Assembly: GCA_963555825.3 (NCBI GenBank)
Contig: CAUVXB020000002.1
Location: 2,496,001-2,560,000 of the forward strand
DNA from: Alphaproteobacteria bacterium
GTDB taxonomy: Bacteria; Pseudomonadota; Alphaproteobacteria; JAAXGF01
DNA: 64,000 bases
Reading direction: 5' to 3'
A model generated the notes under the pieces. It saw only the letters and a program-made list of their open reading frames with translations. It had not been told where the DNA came from and made no database searches. Of the stretch, positions 33,287 through 42,700 are shown piece by piece; position 1 is the first letter of the stretch, and every line of letters begins with the position of its first letter. Both the position numbers and the translations under genes were made by a program.

Positions 33287-33378
33287 CGTTGCCTCCCCTG
33301 TGAATGTCGTTGCTATTGAGTGTCAATCATGACTCGCGATACGCGTCAACCATGCCGCTCGCCCTTGCCGGCCCGCGT

Positions 33379-34008
33379 TCAATCTTGCGGCCCGCGGCCA
33401 TAGACGATGACCGAAAGGAAGTTGATCGGCAGGGCGTCGAGCGTTTCCGGCCCGTGCGGTACGTTGGCCTCGAAGAACAGCGAATCGCCCGGCGTCATGG
33501 CGTAGACCTTGTCGCCGTGGCGGTAGCCCATCTTGCCCTCGATCATCAGCAGGAACTCGCTGCCGGCGTGCTGGAAATAGGGAAACACGTCGGATTCGTC
33601 GGTCAGCGTGATCATGTAGGGCTCGACCGCGATCGCCTTGTCGCGCGAATGGCCCAAGAGCCGGTACTGGTGGCCGTTGCGCGTGCCGCGGCGCTCGAGC
33701 GCAAGGCCCTCGCCGCGGCGCACGAAGGTCGCCTCGCGGCGCTCCTCGTATTCCTGGAAGAATGCCGTGACCGGCACGTTGAGCGCCGTCGACAAGGCCT
33801 TGAGCGTCGACAGCGACGGCGAGGTCAGGCCGTTCTCGATCTTCGACAGCATGCCCGACGACAGGCCGGCGAGGCCGGCGAGATCGGTCACCGTGATGTC
33901 GAGCCGCTTGCGCAGCGCGCGCACCTTGCGGCCGATCGCCGCTTCGAGGTCGTTGTCGCGGTCGCCGGCGAGCGAATGAGGGTCTTGAAAGTCGGTCGTC
34001 GTCGCCAT
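33379..34008 (-). CDS. XRE-cupin transcriptional regulator
   Basis: LSKIENGLTSPSL HTH; FQHAGSE...PGDSLFF...PHG cupin. Confidence 0.92.
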   Translation of the reverse strand: MATTTDFQDPHSLAGDRDNDLEAAIGRKVRALRKRLDITVTDLAGLAGLSSGMLSKIENGLTSPSLSTLKALSTALNVPVTAFFQEYEERREATFVRRGEGLALERRGTRNGHQYRLLGHSRDKAIAVEPYMITLTDESDVFPYFQHAGSEFLLMIEGKMGYRHGDKVYAMTPGDSLFFEANVPHGPETLDALPINFLSVIVYGRGPQD

Positions 34009-34024
34009 TACCGCCGCCCCACCG

Positions 34025-34735
34025 TCAGCCGATTTCCGCGAGGCGCCGGATCGCGCCGAGGCCTACGGGTAAGCCGTCGAATTCGTCCATCGCGTCGCGC
34101 AGGCTCGCCCACATGTAGCTCGCCGATGCACTGTCGGTCAGCAGGTAATAGGCGAGCGTCTCGCCGGCATCGGCGCGCAGCACGATCGCGTTGAGCCGGG
34201 CGATCGAGGTCTGTGCGATGGCGCCGTCGCCGAACTTGTGCGGGCGCAGGTCGACACCGCACAGCTTGGCGAGCATCTCGGCCGCGTGGCGGCCCACAAG
34301 CGCGAACCAGCAGTTGGTGTCGGCGCGCGGCACCGGATAGGTCATCGGGTCGGGCTCGGGCGACCACTCGCCGGCGAGCCGGTCGAACAAGCTGCTCTCG
34401 GCGCCGAGATCGCCGAGCAGCAGCACCTCGGTCGGCGCCAGGCGCGCGGCGCGGGCGCCATCCGCTTGCCGCTCGGTCATGTTGTCGTCGGTGCTCACCA
34501 CGACGCCGTGCTCGGTCAGCCAGCCGATCGTGTTGCGGCCCTTGAAGCCGCGCCGCGGCAGCGCCGACAGGTCCGCGATCGCGAGGTCCCGCGCCTGCGC
34601 GGTCTCGGCCTCGACGTCGCGGCCGCAGGTCATCGCGCAGGCCGTGCCGTTGATTTCGGCGAACTCGGCGTCAAGCTTGACCAGCTCGCGGTAGAGGAAG
34701 CTGCGGCGCTTCAACTCGGGCGGTGCGACGCTCAC
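34025..34735 (-). CDS. mgdD: N-methylglutamate dehydrogenase/sarcosine oxidase gamma-like subunit
   Basis: DLSALPRRGFKG, KLCGVDLR; GTG start just after mgdC. Confidence 0.8.
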   Translation of the reverse strand: MSVAPPELKRRSFLYRELVKLDAEFAEINGTACAMTCGRDVEAETAQARDLAIADLSALPRRGFKGRNTIGWLTEHGVVVSTDDNMTERQADGARAARLAPTEVLLLGDLGAESSLFDRLAGEWSPEPDPMTYPVPRADTNCWFALVGRHAAEMLAKLCGVDLRPHKFGDGAIAQTSIARLNAIVLRADAGETLAYYLLTDSASASYMWASLRDAMDEFDGLPVGLGAIRRLAEIG

Positions 34736-34736
34736 G

Positions 34737-37661
34737 TCAAATCTCCTGGCGCTTGCCGTCGGGGTCGTAGAACGGCAGCGGCACGACCTCGGCGTCGACC
34801 ATCCGCCCGTCGTCGACCCGGATCTGGAAATGCGAACCGATCTCGGCCTGATCGGGCGCCACATAGGCGAGCCCGATGACCTTGTCGAGCGTCGGCGATT
34901 CGACGCAGGAGGTGACCCGGCCGGTGATGTCGCCGGCGCGGATCACCAGATGGCATTCCTTGGGCACCGGCGGCTTCTCGGCGCCCTCGCGCGTTACCAG
35001 GGTGAAGCCGGCCAGCTTGCGCGTGATGCCGTTGGCCAGCCCGATCGCGACCGAGCGCATGCCGACGTAATAGGGCTTCTTGCGCGCGATCGCCCAGGCC
35101 ATGTCGGCCTCGTGCGGGTGGGTCAGCCCGTCGGTGTCCTGGCCGATGATGATGTGGCCCTTCTCGAGCCGCAAGAGGCGCTGGGCCTCGACGCCGAAGG
35201 GCCGAATGCCGGCGTCCTTGCCGGCCGCCATCATGGTGTCCCACAGCGCCTCGCCCTGGCTCGCCGGGACATGTACTTCGTAGCCCAGCTCGCCGACGAA
35301 GCCGACGCGCATCAGCCGCGCCGGAATGCCGGCGACGTGCCCGGTGCGCACGCCCATATAGGGAAACGCCGCGGCGCCGAGATCGACGTCGTCGCACAGC
35401 CTGGCAAGCACGGCGCGCGAGCGCGGCCCGGCGATATTGACGCCGGCATAGGCCCCGGTGACGTTGGTGATGTCGACATCGAGCCGCCATTGGGCGTTGT
35501 TGAACAGCATCGCCTGGTAGACGCCCTGCGCGCCGCCGGTCGTCGCCGTGACGTAGAAGTGCCGCTCGTGCAGCCGGCAGGCGACGCCATCGTCGCTGAT
35601 CACGCCCGACATGTCGGTCATCAGCACATAACGCCCGCGGCCTACCGGCTGCTTGAGATAGGCGAAGGTGTAGACGCGGTTCATGAATTCGGCGGCGTCG
35701 GGGCCGCGGATCTCGATGCCGCCCAGCGTCGAGACGTCGATCAGCCCAACGTTGTTGCGCACGTTGACCGCCTCGGCGCGGCTGTTCTCCTCGCGCGTGC
35801 CGCCGGCGCGGTAGACCGCCGGCCGGAGCCACATGCCGGCGGGCATCATCTCGGCGCCGAGCTCGATGTGGCGCCAATGCATCGCCGTGTAGCGGACCGG
35901 CTCGAACGCGCGACCGGCGAGATGGCCGAAGGATTCGGCCGCGAACGGCGGGCGCGAGGTGGTGGTGCCGGTCTCGTCGACCGTGCGCCCGGTCGCGCGC
36001 GCCGCGAGGCGCACCGAGGTGAGCGACGAGTGACGCCCCTGCGACGGCCCCATGCCGACCGTCGAGAAGCGTTTGACCAGCTCGATGTTGTCGTAGCCCT
36101 CGGCGATCGCGTTCAAGATGTCCGCAATCTGCAGGTCTTCGTCGAAATCGACGAATTCCTTGCCTTCCGGATGCGCGAAGATGGGCCAGGGATGGCTTTG
36201 GCCGACCGTCCCCTTGGCCGATTTGACGGCCGGTTTGCGGCCGACCGCGAGGCCGGCGTCCTTGGCCGCCTGCCAGCCGGCCAGGCGGCCGTCCTCGACC
36301 GCGGCGGCCAGCGCATAGGCGCCGTTCACCGAGCCGGCGGCGAACAGATGCGCGGGCAGCGCGCCGAGCGCGAACATGGCGCTCTCGGTGTCGTAGCCGA
36401 CGCGCACGCCGGCGTGGCTCGCCAGGTTCGCGGTCGGATGGTAGCCGGTCGACATGCAGATCAGGTCGCAGGCGAAGCGGTCGGCGGTCGCGGCGAAGCT
36501 GCCCTCGCCGGTGATGCGCGCGACCCGTGCGCCGGTGACGCCGGTCATGCCGGGCGCCGCGACCGCCTCGGCGATGGTCGTGTTGCGCAGCACCGGGATG
36601 CCGCGCTCGACCACCGCGGTGGCGCGTTCGCTGGCGCCCGGCGCGGCGCGCAGGTCGACGACGCAGGCGACGTCGACACCGGCATCGGACAGATCGAGCG
36701 CAACGCCATAGCCATCGCCGTTGGCGGTCGCAACCACGGCGCGCTCACCCGGCTTGACGCCCCACAGCTTGATCAGGCGCTGCGCCGCCGAGCCGAGCAT
36801 GACGCCCGGCAGGTCGTTGTTGTGGAACACCATCGGCTGCTCGTAGGAACCCGCTGCGAGCACGACCGACTTGGCGCGCAGCTTGTACATGCGGTTGCCG
36901 CGGATGATCGGCAGCCAGTTGTCGCTGAACCAGCCGTTGCACACCGCGTCGCACATGACGCGGATGGTGCCGGCACCGCCGACCGCGGCGGCCAGTTGGG
37001 CGCGCAGCTTGCCGGCGCGCGTCCCTTCGGCGTCGAAGCGGGCGTAGTTGAGCGATCCGCCGAGCTCGGCATTCTCCTCGACCAGGATGACGTCGGCGCC
37101 GCTCTTGGCGGCCTCGAGCGCCGCCGCCATGCCGGCCGGGCCACCGCCGACGACGGCGACGTCGCAGAACAGGTACTGCTTGTCGTAGTAGCCATGGGGC
37201 GTCTCGAGGTCGACCGTGCCGAGGCCGGCGAGGCGGCGGATGACGCGCTCCCACATCGGCCAGGCGAAACGCGGCCTGTAGAACGCCTTGTAGTAGAAGC
37301 CGACCGGCAGGAAGCGGGCCAGGCGGCCGATCAGCGCGCCGCGGTCCTTGTCGAGGCCGCCGAAGACGTTGACCGCCCGCGCCGCGAGCCCCGGCGTGAC
37401 GCGGTGTCGGTCGGCCAGGACGTTGGGGTCGTCGCCGACCTGGACGATCGTGTTGGCGTCCTGCCCGCAGGCCGACAGAATGCCGCGCGGCCGGTGGTAT
37501 TTGAACGAGCGCGACAGGGTAGTGACGCCGTTGGCGGCCAAGGCGCTGGCGATGGTGTCGCCAGCGAATCCGGTGTAGGCGGTCCCCTCGAACGTGAATG
37601 AGACCGGCTCCTCGTGGTCGATCAGCAGGCCCGCCGGGGCGTCGAGGCGGCTCGATCTCAT
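34737..37661 (-). CDS. mgdC: N-methylglutamate dehydrogenase/sarcosine oxidase alpha-like subunit
   Basis: GDTIASAL, SRSFKYHRPRG, GGGPAG, GMGPSQGR, GcvT-like C-terminus. Confidence 0.9.
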   Translation of the reverse strand: MRSSRLDAPAGLLIDHEEPVSFTFEGTAYTGFAGDTIASALAANGVTTLSRSFKYHRPRGILSACGQDANTIVQVGDDPNVLADRHRVTPGLAARAVNVFGGLDKDRGALIGRLARFLPVGFYYKAFYRPRFAWPMWERVIRRLAGLGTVDLETPHGYYDKQYLFCDVAVVGGGPAGMAAALEAAKSGADVILVEENAELGGSLNYARFDAEGTRAGKLRAQLAAAVGGAGTIRVMCDAVCNGWFSDNWLPIIRGNRMYKLRAKSVVLAAGSYEQPMVFHNNDLPGVMLGSAAQRLIKLWGVKPGERAVVATANGDGYGVALDLSDAGVDVACVVDLRAAPGASERATAVVERGIPVLRNTTIAEAVAAPGMTGVTGARVARITGEGSFAATADRFACDLICMSTGYHPTANLASHAGVRVGYDTESAMFALGALPAHLFAAGSVNGAYALAAAVEDGRLAGWQAAKDAGLAVGRKPAVKSAKGTVGQSHPWPIFAHPEGKEFVDFDEDLQIADILNAIAEGYDNIELVKRFSTVGMGPSQGRHSSLTSVRLAARATGRTVDETGTTTSRPPFAAESFGHLAGRAFEPVRYTAMHWRHIELGAEMMPAGMWLRPAVYRAGGTREENSRAEAVNVRNNVGLIDVSTLGGIEIRGPDAAEFMNRVYTFAYLKQPVGRGRYVLMTDMSGVISDDGVACRLHERHFYVTATTGGAQGVYQAMLFNNAQWRLDVDITNVTGAYAGVNIAGPRSRAVLARLCDDVDLGAAAFPYMGVRTGHVAGIPARLMRVGFVGELGYEVHVPASQGEALWDTMMAAGKDAGIRPFGVEAQRLLRLEKGHIIIGQDTDGLTHPHEADMAWAIARKKPYYVGMRSVAIGLANGITRKLAGFTLVTREGAEKPPVPKECHLVIRAGDITGRVTSCVESPTLDKVIGLAYVAPDQAEIGSHFQIRVDDGRMVDAEVVPLPFYDPDGKRQEI

Positions 37662-37978
37662 GATGTCTTTTTACCGTCGTCGGCCGTCGGCGCGGGCGGC
37701 GGCGCGAAATCCATGCGTTCGGTAAACACCTTGCTCGCCGGATAGGTGCGCTGAACTTCGTCGGTCACCGTGTTGCGCTCGGCGATGAACCAGAAGGCGG
37801 TCGGCACGTGGCACCACCACTCGCGCACGACGCCAGCGGTGTTGTTCTCGAAGAAGACGAACTCGGCCCATTCGGCCTGGCTGCAGCCGTGCGGGTCGGG
37901 ATGGGCGACGACCTCGCCGCCGAAGACGAACTCCGAGATGTTGCGCGGGCCGTTGAGCGGGCAGTTCATGAGTTTCAT
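37658..37978 (-). CDS. mgdB: N-methylglutamate dehydrogenase/sarcosine oxidase delta-like subunit
   Basis: CPLNGPRNISEF, EWWCH, ERNTVTDE. Confidence 0.9.
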   Translation of the reverse strand: MKLMNCPLNGPRNISEFVFGGEVVAHPDPHGCSQAEWAEFVFFENNTAGVVREWWCHVPTAFWFIAERNTVTDEVQRTYPASKVFTERMDFAPPPAPTADDGKKTS

Positions 37979-37992
37979 GGCGAGGACCCAGG

Positions 37993-39234
37993 CTAGTGGC
38001 CGACCGAGGCCGCGCCTTTTTCGCCGACCAGCTTGAACTCGTTGAAGCGCGACAGGCGGAAGGGCTCGATCAGGTCGGGCACCTTGCCGGTGGCGATCAA
38101 TTCGGCCATGCGGTTGCCGACCACCGGCGTCGCCTTGAAGCCCCAGGTGCCCCAGCCCGAATCGATGTAGTAGTTCTCGACCGGCGTCTCACCCATGATC
38201 GGGCTGAAGTCGGGCGTCATGTCGGCCATGCCGGCCCACTGGCGCAACAGCTTGACCTTGGAGAGGAACGGGAACAGCTCGAGTATATGCGCCATCAGCC
38301 CTTCCTTGAACTCGAGGCTCGAGCGCGTCGAGTACAGCGGATAGGGATCGGTCGCGCCGCCCATCACCAGCTCGCCGCGCGGCGACTGCGAGATGTAGAC
38401 GTGCAGGCTGCCCGACACCACGATGGCATCGAGGAACGGCTTCAACGGCTGCGAGACGCAGGCTTGCAGCGGGATGGTGCGGATCGGCACGGTGAAGCCG
38501 GCCATCTTGGTCAGCAGCGAGGTCGAGCCCGCGACCATCTGCACCGCCGTACCGCAGGTGATCGTGCCGCGGTCGGTGACGACGCCGTTGAGCCGGCCGT
38601 TCTCGATCAGCAGCCCGGTGACCGCGGTCTTCTGGTGGATCTCGACGCCGCGCCGGCTGGCGACGCCGCCATAGCCCCAGGCGACCGCGTCGTGGCGCGC
38701 GATCGAGCCGGGCGCGTGGTAGAGCGCGCCGAGGATCGGATAACGCGCGTCGCGCGACATGTTGAGCTGGGGCACCAGCTTGGCGACCTCGTCGGCCAGC
38801 ACGAGTTCGCTATCGACGCCCATATGCTTGTTGACCTCGGCCCGCCAGCGCATCGTACGCAGCGCCGCGTCGGTATGCGCGAGCGTAAAGTGGCCGCGCT
38901 CGGAATACATGATGTTGTAGTCGAATTCCTGGCTCAGTTTCCGATAGAGCTGGACCGATTCGTCATAGAAGGCGACGCCTTCGGGCGTCAGGTAGTTGGA
39001 GCGGATGATCGCCGTGTTGCGTCCGGTGTTGCCGCCGCCAATGTAGCCCTTCTCGAGCACCACGACGTTGGTGATGCCGTGGTGCTTGGCGAGGTAGTAG
39101 GCGGTCGCCAGGCCATGGCCGCCGCCGCCGATGATGACGACGTCGTAAGACGGCCTGAGCTCGCCCGGCGCGGCGAAGTGCCGCTTGGCCGGGTGTCCCT
39201 TCGAGAAACCGTATTTCAATAAGCCGAACGGCAT
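37993..39234 (-). CDS. mgdA: N-methylglutamate dehydrogenase/sarcosine oxidase beta-like subunit
   Basis: GGGGHGLA, GNTGRNT, GWGTWGFKA. Confidence 0.9.
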   Translation of the reverse strand: MPFGLLKYGFSKGHPAKRHFAAPGELRPSYDVVIIGGGGHGLATAYYLAKHHGITNVVVLEKGYIGGGNTGRNTAIIRSNYLTPEGVAFYDESVQLYRKLSQEFDYNIMYSERGHFTLAHTDAALRTMRWRAEVNKHMGVDSELVLADEVAKLVPQLNMSRDARYPILGALYHAPGSIARHDAVAWGYGGVASRRGVEIHQKTAVTGLLIENGRLNGVVTDRGTITCGTAVQMVAGSTSLLTKMAGFTVPIRTIPLQACVSQPLKPFLDAIVVSGSLHVYISQSPRGELVMGGATDPYPLYSTRSSLEFKEGLMAHILELFPFLSKVKLLRQWAGMADMTPDFSPIMGETPVENYYIDSGWGTWGFKATPVVGNRMAELIATGKVPDLIEPFRLSRFNEFKLVGEKGAASVGH

Positions 39235-39418
39235 GGCGCGGCGCTCTCTCTCCCCGACGGTTCGGTCGTTTCGGCACGGCTCTAGGCCGGCCTCGACGGA
39301 CCGTACCGAAGCTAACGCAATGTTTACTCTGAGGCAATATTCGTTCATAGAGTTCAGAACATTGGTCGCGCAAATTGCCCCCTGCACGCCGCGCCGCTGT
39401 ACAATCGTCGGCGATGGC

Positions 39419-39692
39419 CCAGCCCGGCTTTCTCACCAAGGACAGGTGCGGCACGGCGGATATCGGACGACAGGCTAGGAAAAGCGTGCGGCGCGATGCT
39501 TGCGCATCGGGCAAGCGCTTTGACGCGGCCTGTCGTCCGAGATCCGCCGCCCTTCGGGTCGCGCCGCCCGGGCCGCCCGCGGCGTCGAAGACCTTGCGCG
39601 TAGCCCAGGCTACGCTCCGCGGCCATCTCCTGGCGGATCGGCGACCGCCCGACGCGATGACGCGCCTGTCCTTGGTGAGAAATCCAGGCTAG
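39419..39692. mobile_element. Family-C MITE-like element (274 bp, 32-bp imperfect TIR, CTAG end)
   Basis: ccagcccggctttctcaccaaggacaggtgcg ... cgcgcctgtccttggtgagaaatccaggctag; internal layout like family A. Confidence 0.85.
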
Positions 39693-39737
39693 TATTTGTC
39701 GGGCGGCACTGGCGGTCGGTCGAGGGAGGATCGTGTC

Positions 39738-42700
39738 ATGACGTCACGCGCGAAAGACCTCAACGACGAACTCATCGAGACCATTGTCAGGCAGCTGCAC
39801 GACCGCGCGCCGCGCGCCGGCGCCGATCAGCTCGAGCGCTTCGTACGCGGCTACTATGACGGCGTCGCGCCCGAGGACCTGATCGGTTTCACCGCCGACA
39901 ATCTATACGGTGAAGCGTGCTGGATGTTCCGCTTCGCGCAGAAGCGCGCGCCCAACACGCCCAACATCCGCGTCTACAACCCGCACCACGAAGAGCACGG
40001 CTGGCAGTCGACACGCACGATCGTCGAGATCGTCAACGACGACATGCCCTTCCTGGTCGATTCGGTGGCCGCCGACCTGAACCGGCACGACCTGACGGTT
40101 CACCTGCTGATCCACCCGATTCTTCGGGTGCGTCGCGACGACAAGGGCCGACTGCTCGACGTGCTCGACCCGAACGACGACGCCGAGGATGCGGCGATTG
40201 AGTCGGTGTTGCACGTCGAGGTCAATCAGCAAACCGCGCAAACCGCGCTGGACGCCCTTCGCGAAAGCCTGGAACGCGTGCTCGGCGACGTGCGCGGCAC
40301 GGTCGAGGACTTCCAGCCGATGCGGGCCAAGATCGACGAGATCATCGCCGAGGTCGAGACCAGCCCGCCGACGCTCGCCGAAGGCGATGTCGCCGAGGGC
40401 AAGGCATTCCTCGAATGGGTGCGCGACGACAACTTCATCCTTCTGGGCATTCGCGACTACACGGTCGATCACGTCGAGAGCGAGGATTTCCTGCGCATCG
40501 TACCGGACTCGGGCCTCGGCATCCTGCGCCACACGCTGCCCGCATCGATCGAGCGCAGCAATCAGGCGCTGAGCGAAGACGTCAACGCGTTCACCCGGCG
40601 CAAGCGCCTGTTGTTCATCACCAAGGCCAACACGCGCTCGACGGTGCACCGGCCGGTCTACATGGACTTCGTCGGCGTCAGGACGTTCGACAAGAAGGGC
40701 GAGGTCACCGGCCAGCACCGTATCCTCGGTCTGTTCACCTCGACCGCCTACAATCGCAATCCGCGCGACATCCCGCTGCTGCGCCACAAGGTCAACAAAG
40801 TGCTGGCGCGCTCGCCATTCCCGAACAACAGCCATAACGGCAAGGCGCTGCTCAACATTCTCGAGACCTATCCGCGCGACGAGCTGTTCCAGATCCGCGA
40901 GCGCGAACTCTACGACGTCGCCCACGGCATCCTGCATCTCGAGGAACGCCAGCGCATTCGCCTGTTCATCCGGCGCGACGACTACGCGCGCTTCTTCTCC
41001 TGCCTCATCTATGTGCCGCGCGAGCGCTACAACACGGTGCTGCGCGAGCGCATGAAGGCGGTCCTGCTGCGCTCGCTGAAGGGCGCGAGCGCCGAATTCA
41101 CCGCGCAGGTCTCCGAAGCGGTGATGGCGCGGCTCCACTTCATCGTGCAGACCCCCGATCATGTGGCGCACGACTACGACGTCGAACACATCGAGGAGCT
41201 GCTCGTCAAAGCCGCGCGGCAGTGGATCGACGATCTGCGCGACGCCTGCGTCGACCACTGGGGCGAAGGCCATGGCATGGAGGTCTACAACCGCTATGAC
41301 GAGGCCTTCCCGGCGGCCTACCGCGACGACTTCAACGCCCAGACCGCCGTCTTCGACATCGACAAGATAGACGCGCTCGACGGCCCCGGCGCGATGGCGA
41401 TGAACCTCTATAACCGCATCGACGCCGCCGACGGCGTGCTCAACTTCAAGGTCTACCACCCCGGCAATCCGGTGCCGCTCTCGGACATCCTGCCGGTGCT
41501 CGAGAACATGGGGCTCAAGGTGATCGAGGAGACGCCCTACCGGGTGGGGCCCGCGGGTGACGAAGACGGCTTCTGGATCCACGACTTCAGCATGATCAGC
41601 CGGCGCGCGCTCGAGATCGATGTCGCCGAGACCAGGGAGGTGTTCCAGGATGCCTTCGCCAAGTCCTGGTATCACGAGGCCGAGGACGACGGCTTCAACG
41701 AGCTGGTGCTGTGCGCGGGCCTGACCTGGCGCGAGGTGACGGTGCTGCGCGCCTATTGCAAATACCTGCGCCAGGCGGCGATCACCTTCAGCGACCGCTA
41801 CATGGAGACGACGCTGACCGACAACGCGCCGATCGCGCGCATGCTGGTCGAGCTGTTCGTCGCGCGCTTCGACCCCGACGGCGAAAAGGGCCGGGACAAA
41901 CGTGTCAAGGAGCTGGAAAGCCGCATCGCCGAGGGGCTCGATGCGGTCGCCAATCTCGACGAGGACCGCATCCTCCGGCGCTTCCTCAATCTCGTTCAGG
42001 CGACGCTCAGAACCAACTATTTCCAGACCGGCGCCGACGGCGGGCCCAAGCCGTCGCTCGCGTTCAAGCTCGATTCGAAGGTCATCGAGGAGCTGCCGCT
42101 GCCGCGCCCCTGGGTCGATATCTTCCTGTTCTCGCCGCGCGTCGAGGCGGTGCATCTGCGCGGCGGCCCGGTTGCGCGCGGCGGCCTGCGCTGGTCGGAC
42201 CGGCGCGAGGATTTCCGCACCGAGATCCTCGGCCTGATGAAGGCACAGCAGGTCAAGAACGCGGTCATCGTGCCGCTCGGCTCGAAGGGCGGCTTCGTGG
42301 TCAAGCGCCCGCCACAGTCGGGTGGCCGCGAGGCGCAGCTGGAGGAAGGCATCGCGTGTTACAAGACGATGATCGCCGGCATGCTCGACATCACCGACAA
42401 TCTTGTCGCGGGCGCGGTCGTGGCGCCCGACCGGGTGGTGCGCTACGACGGCGACGACCCCTACCTGGTGGTCGCCGCCGACAAGGGCACGGCGACGTTC
42501 TCGGACATCGCCAACGGCATCGCCATCGACTACGGCCACTGGCTGGGCGACGCCTTCGCGAGCGGCGGCTCGGCCGGCTACGACCACAAGGGCATGGGCA
42601 TCACCGCGCGCGGCGCCTGGGAATCGGTCAAGCGCCACTTCCGCGAGATGGGCGTCGACTGCCAGACCATCGACTTCACCTGCATCGGCATCGGCGACAT

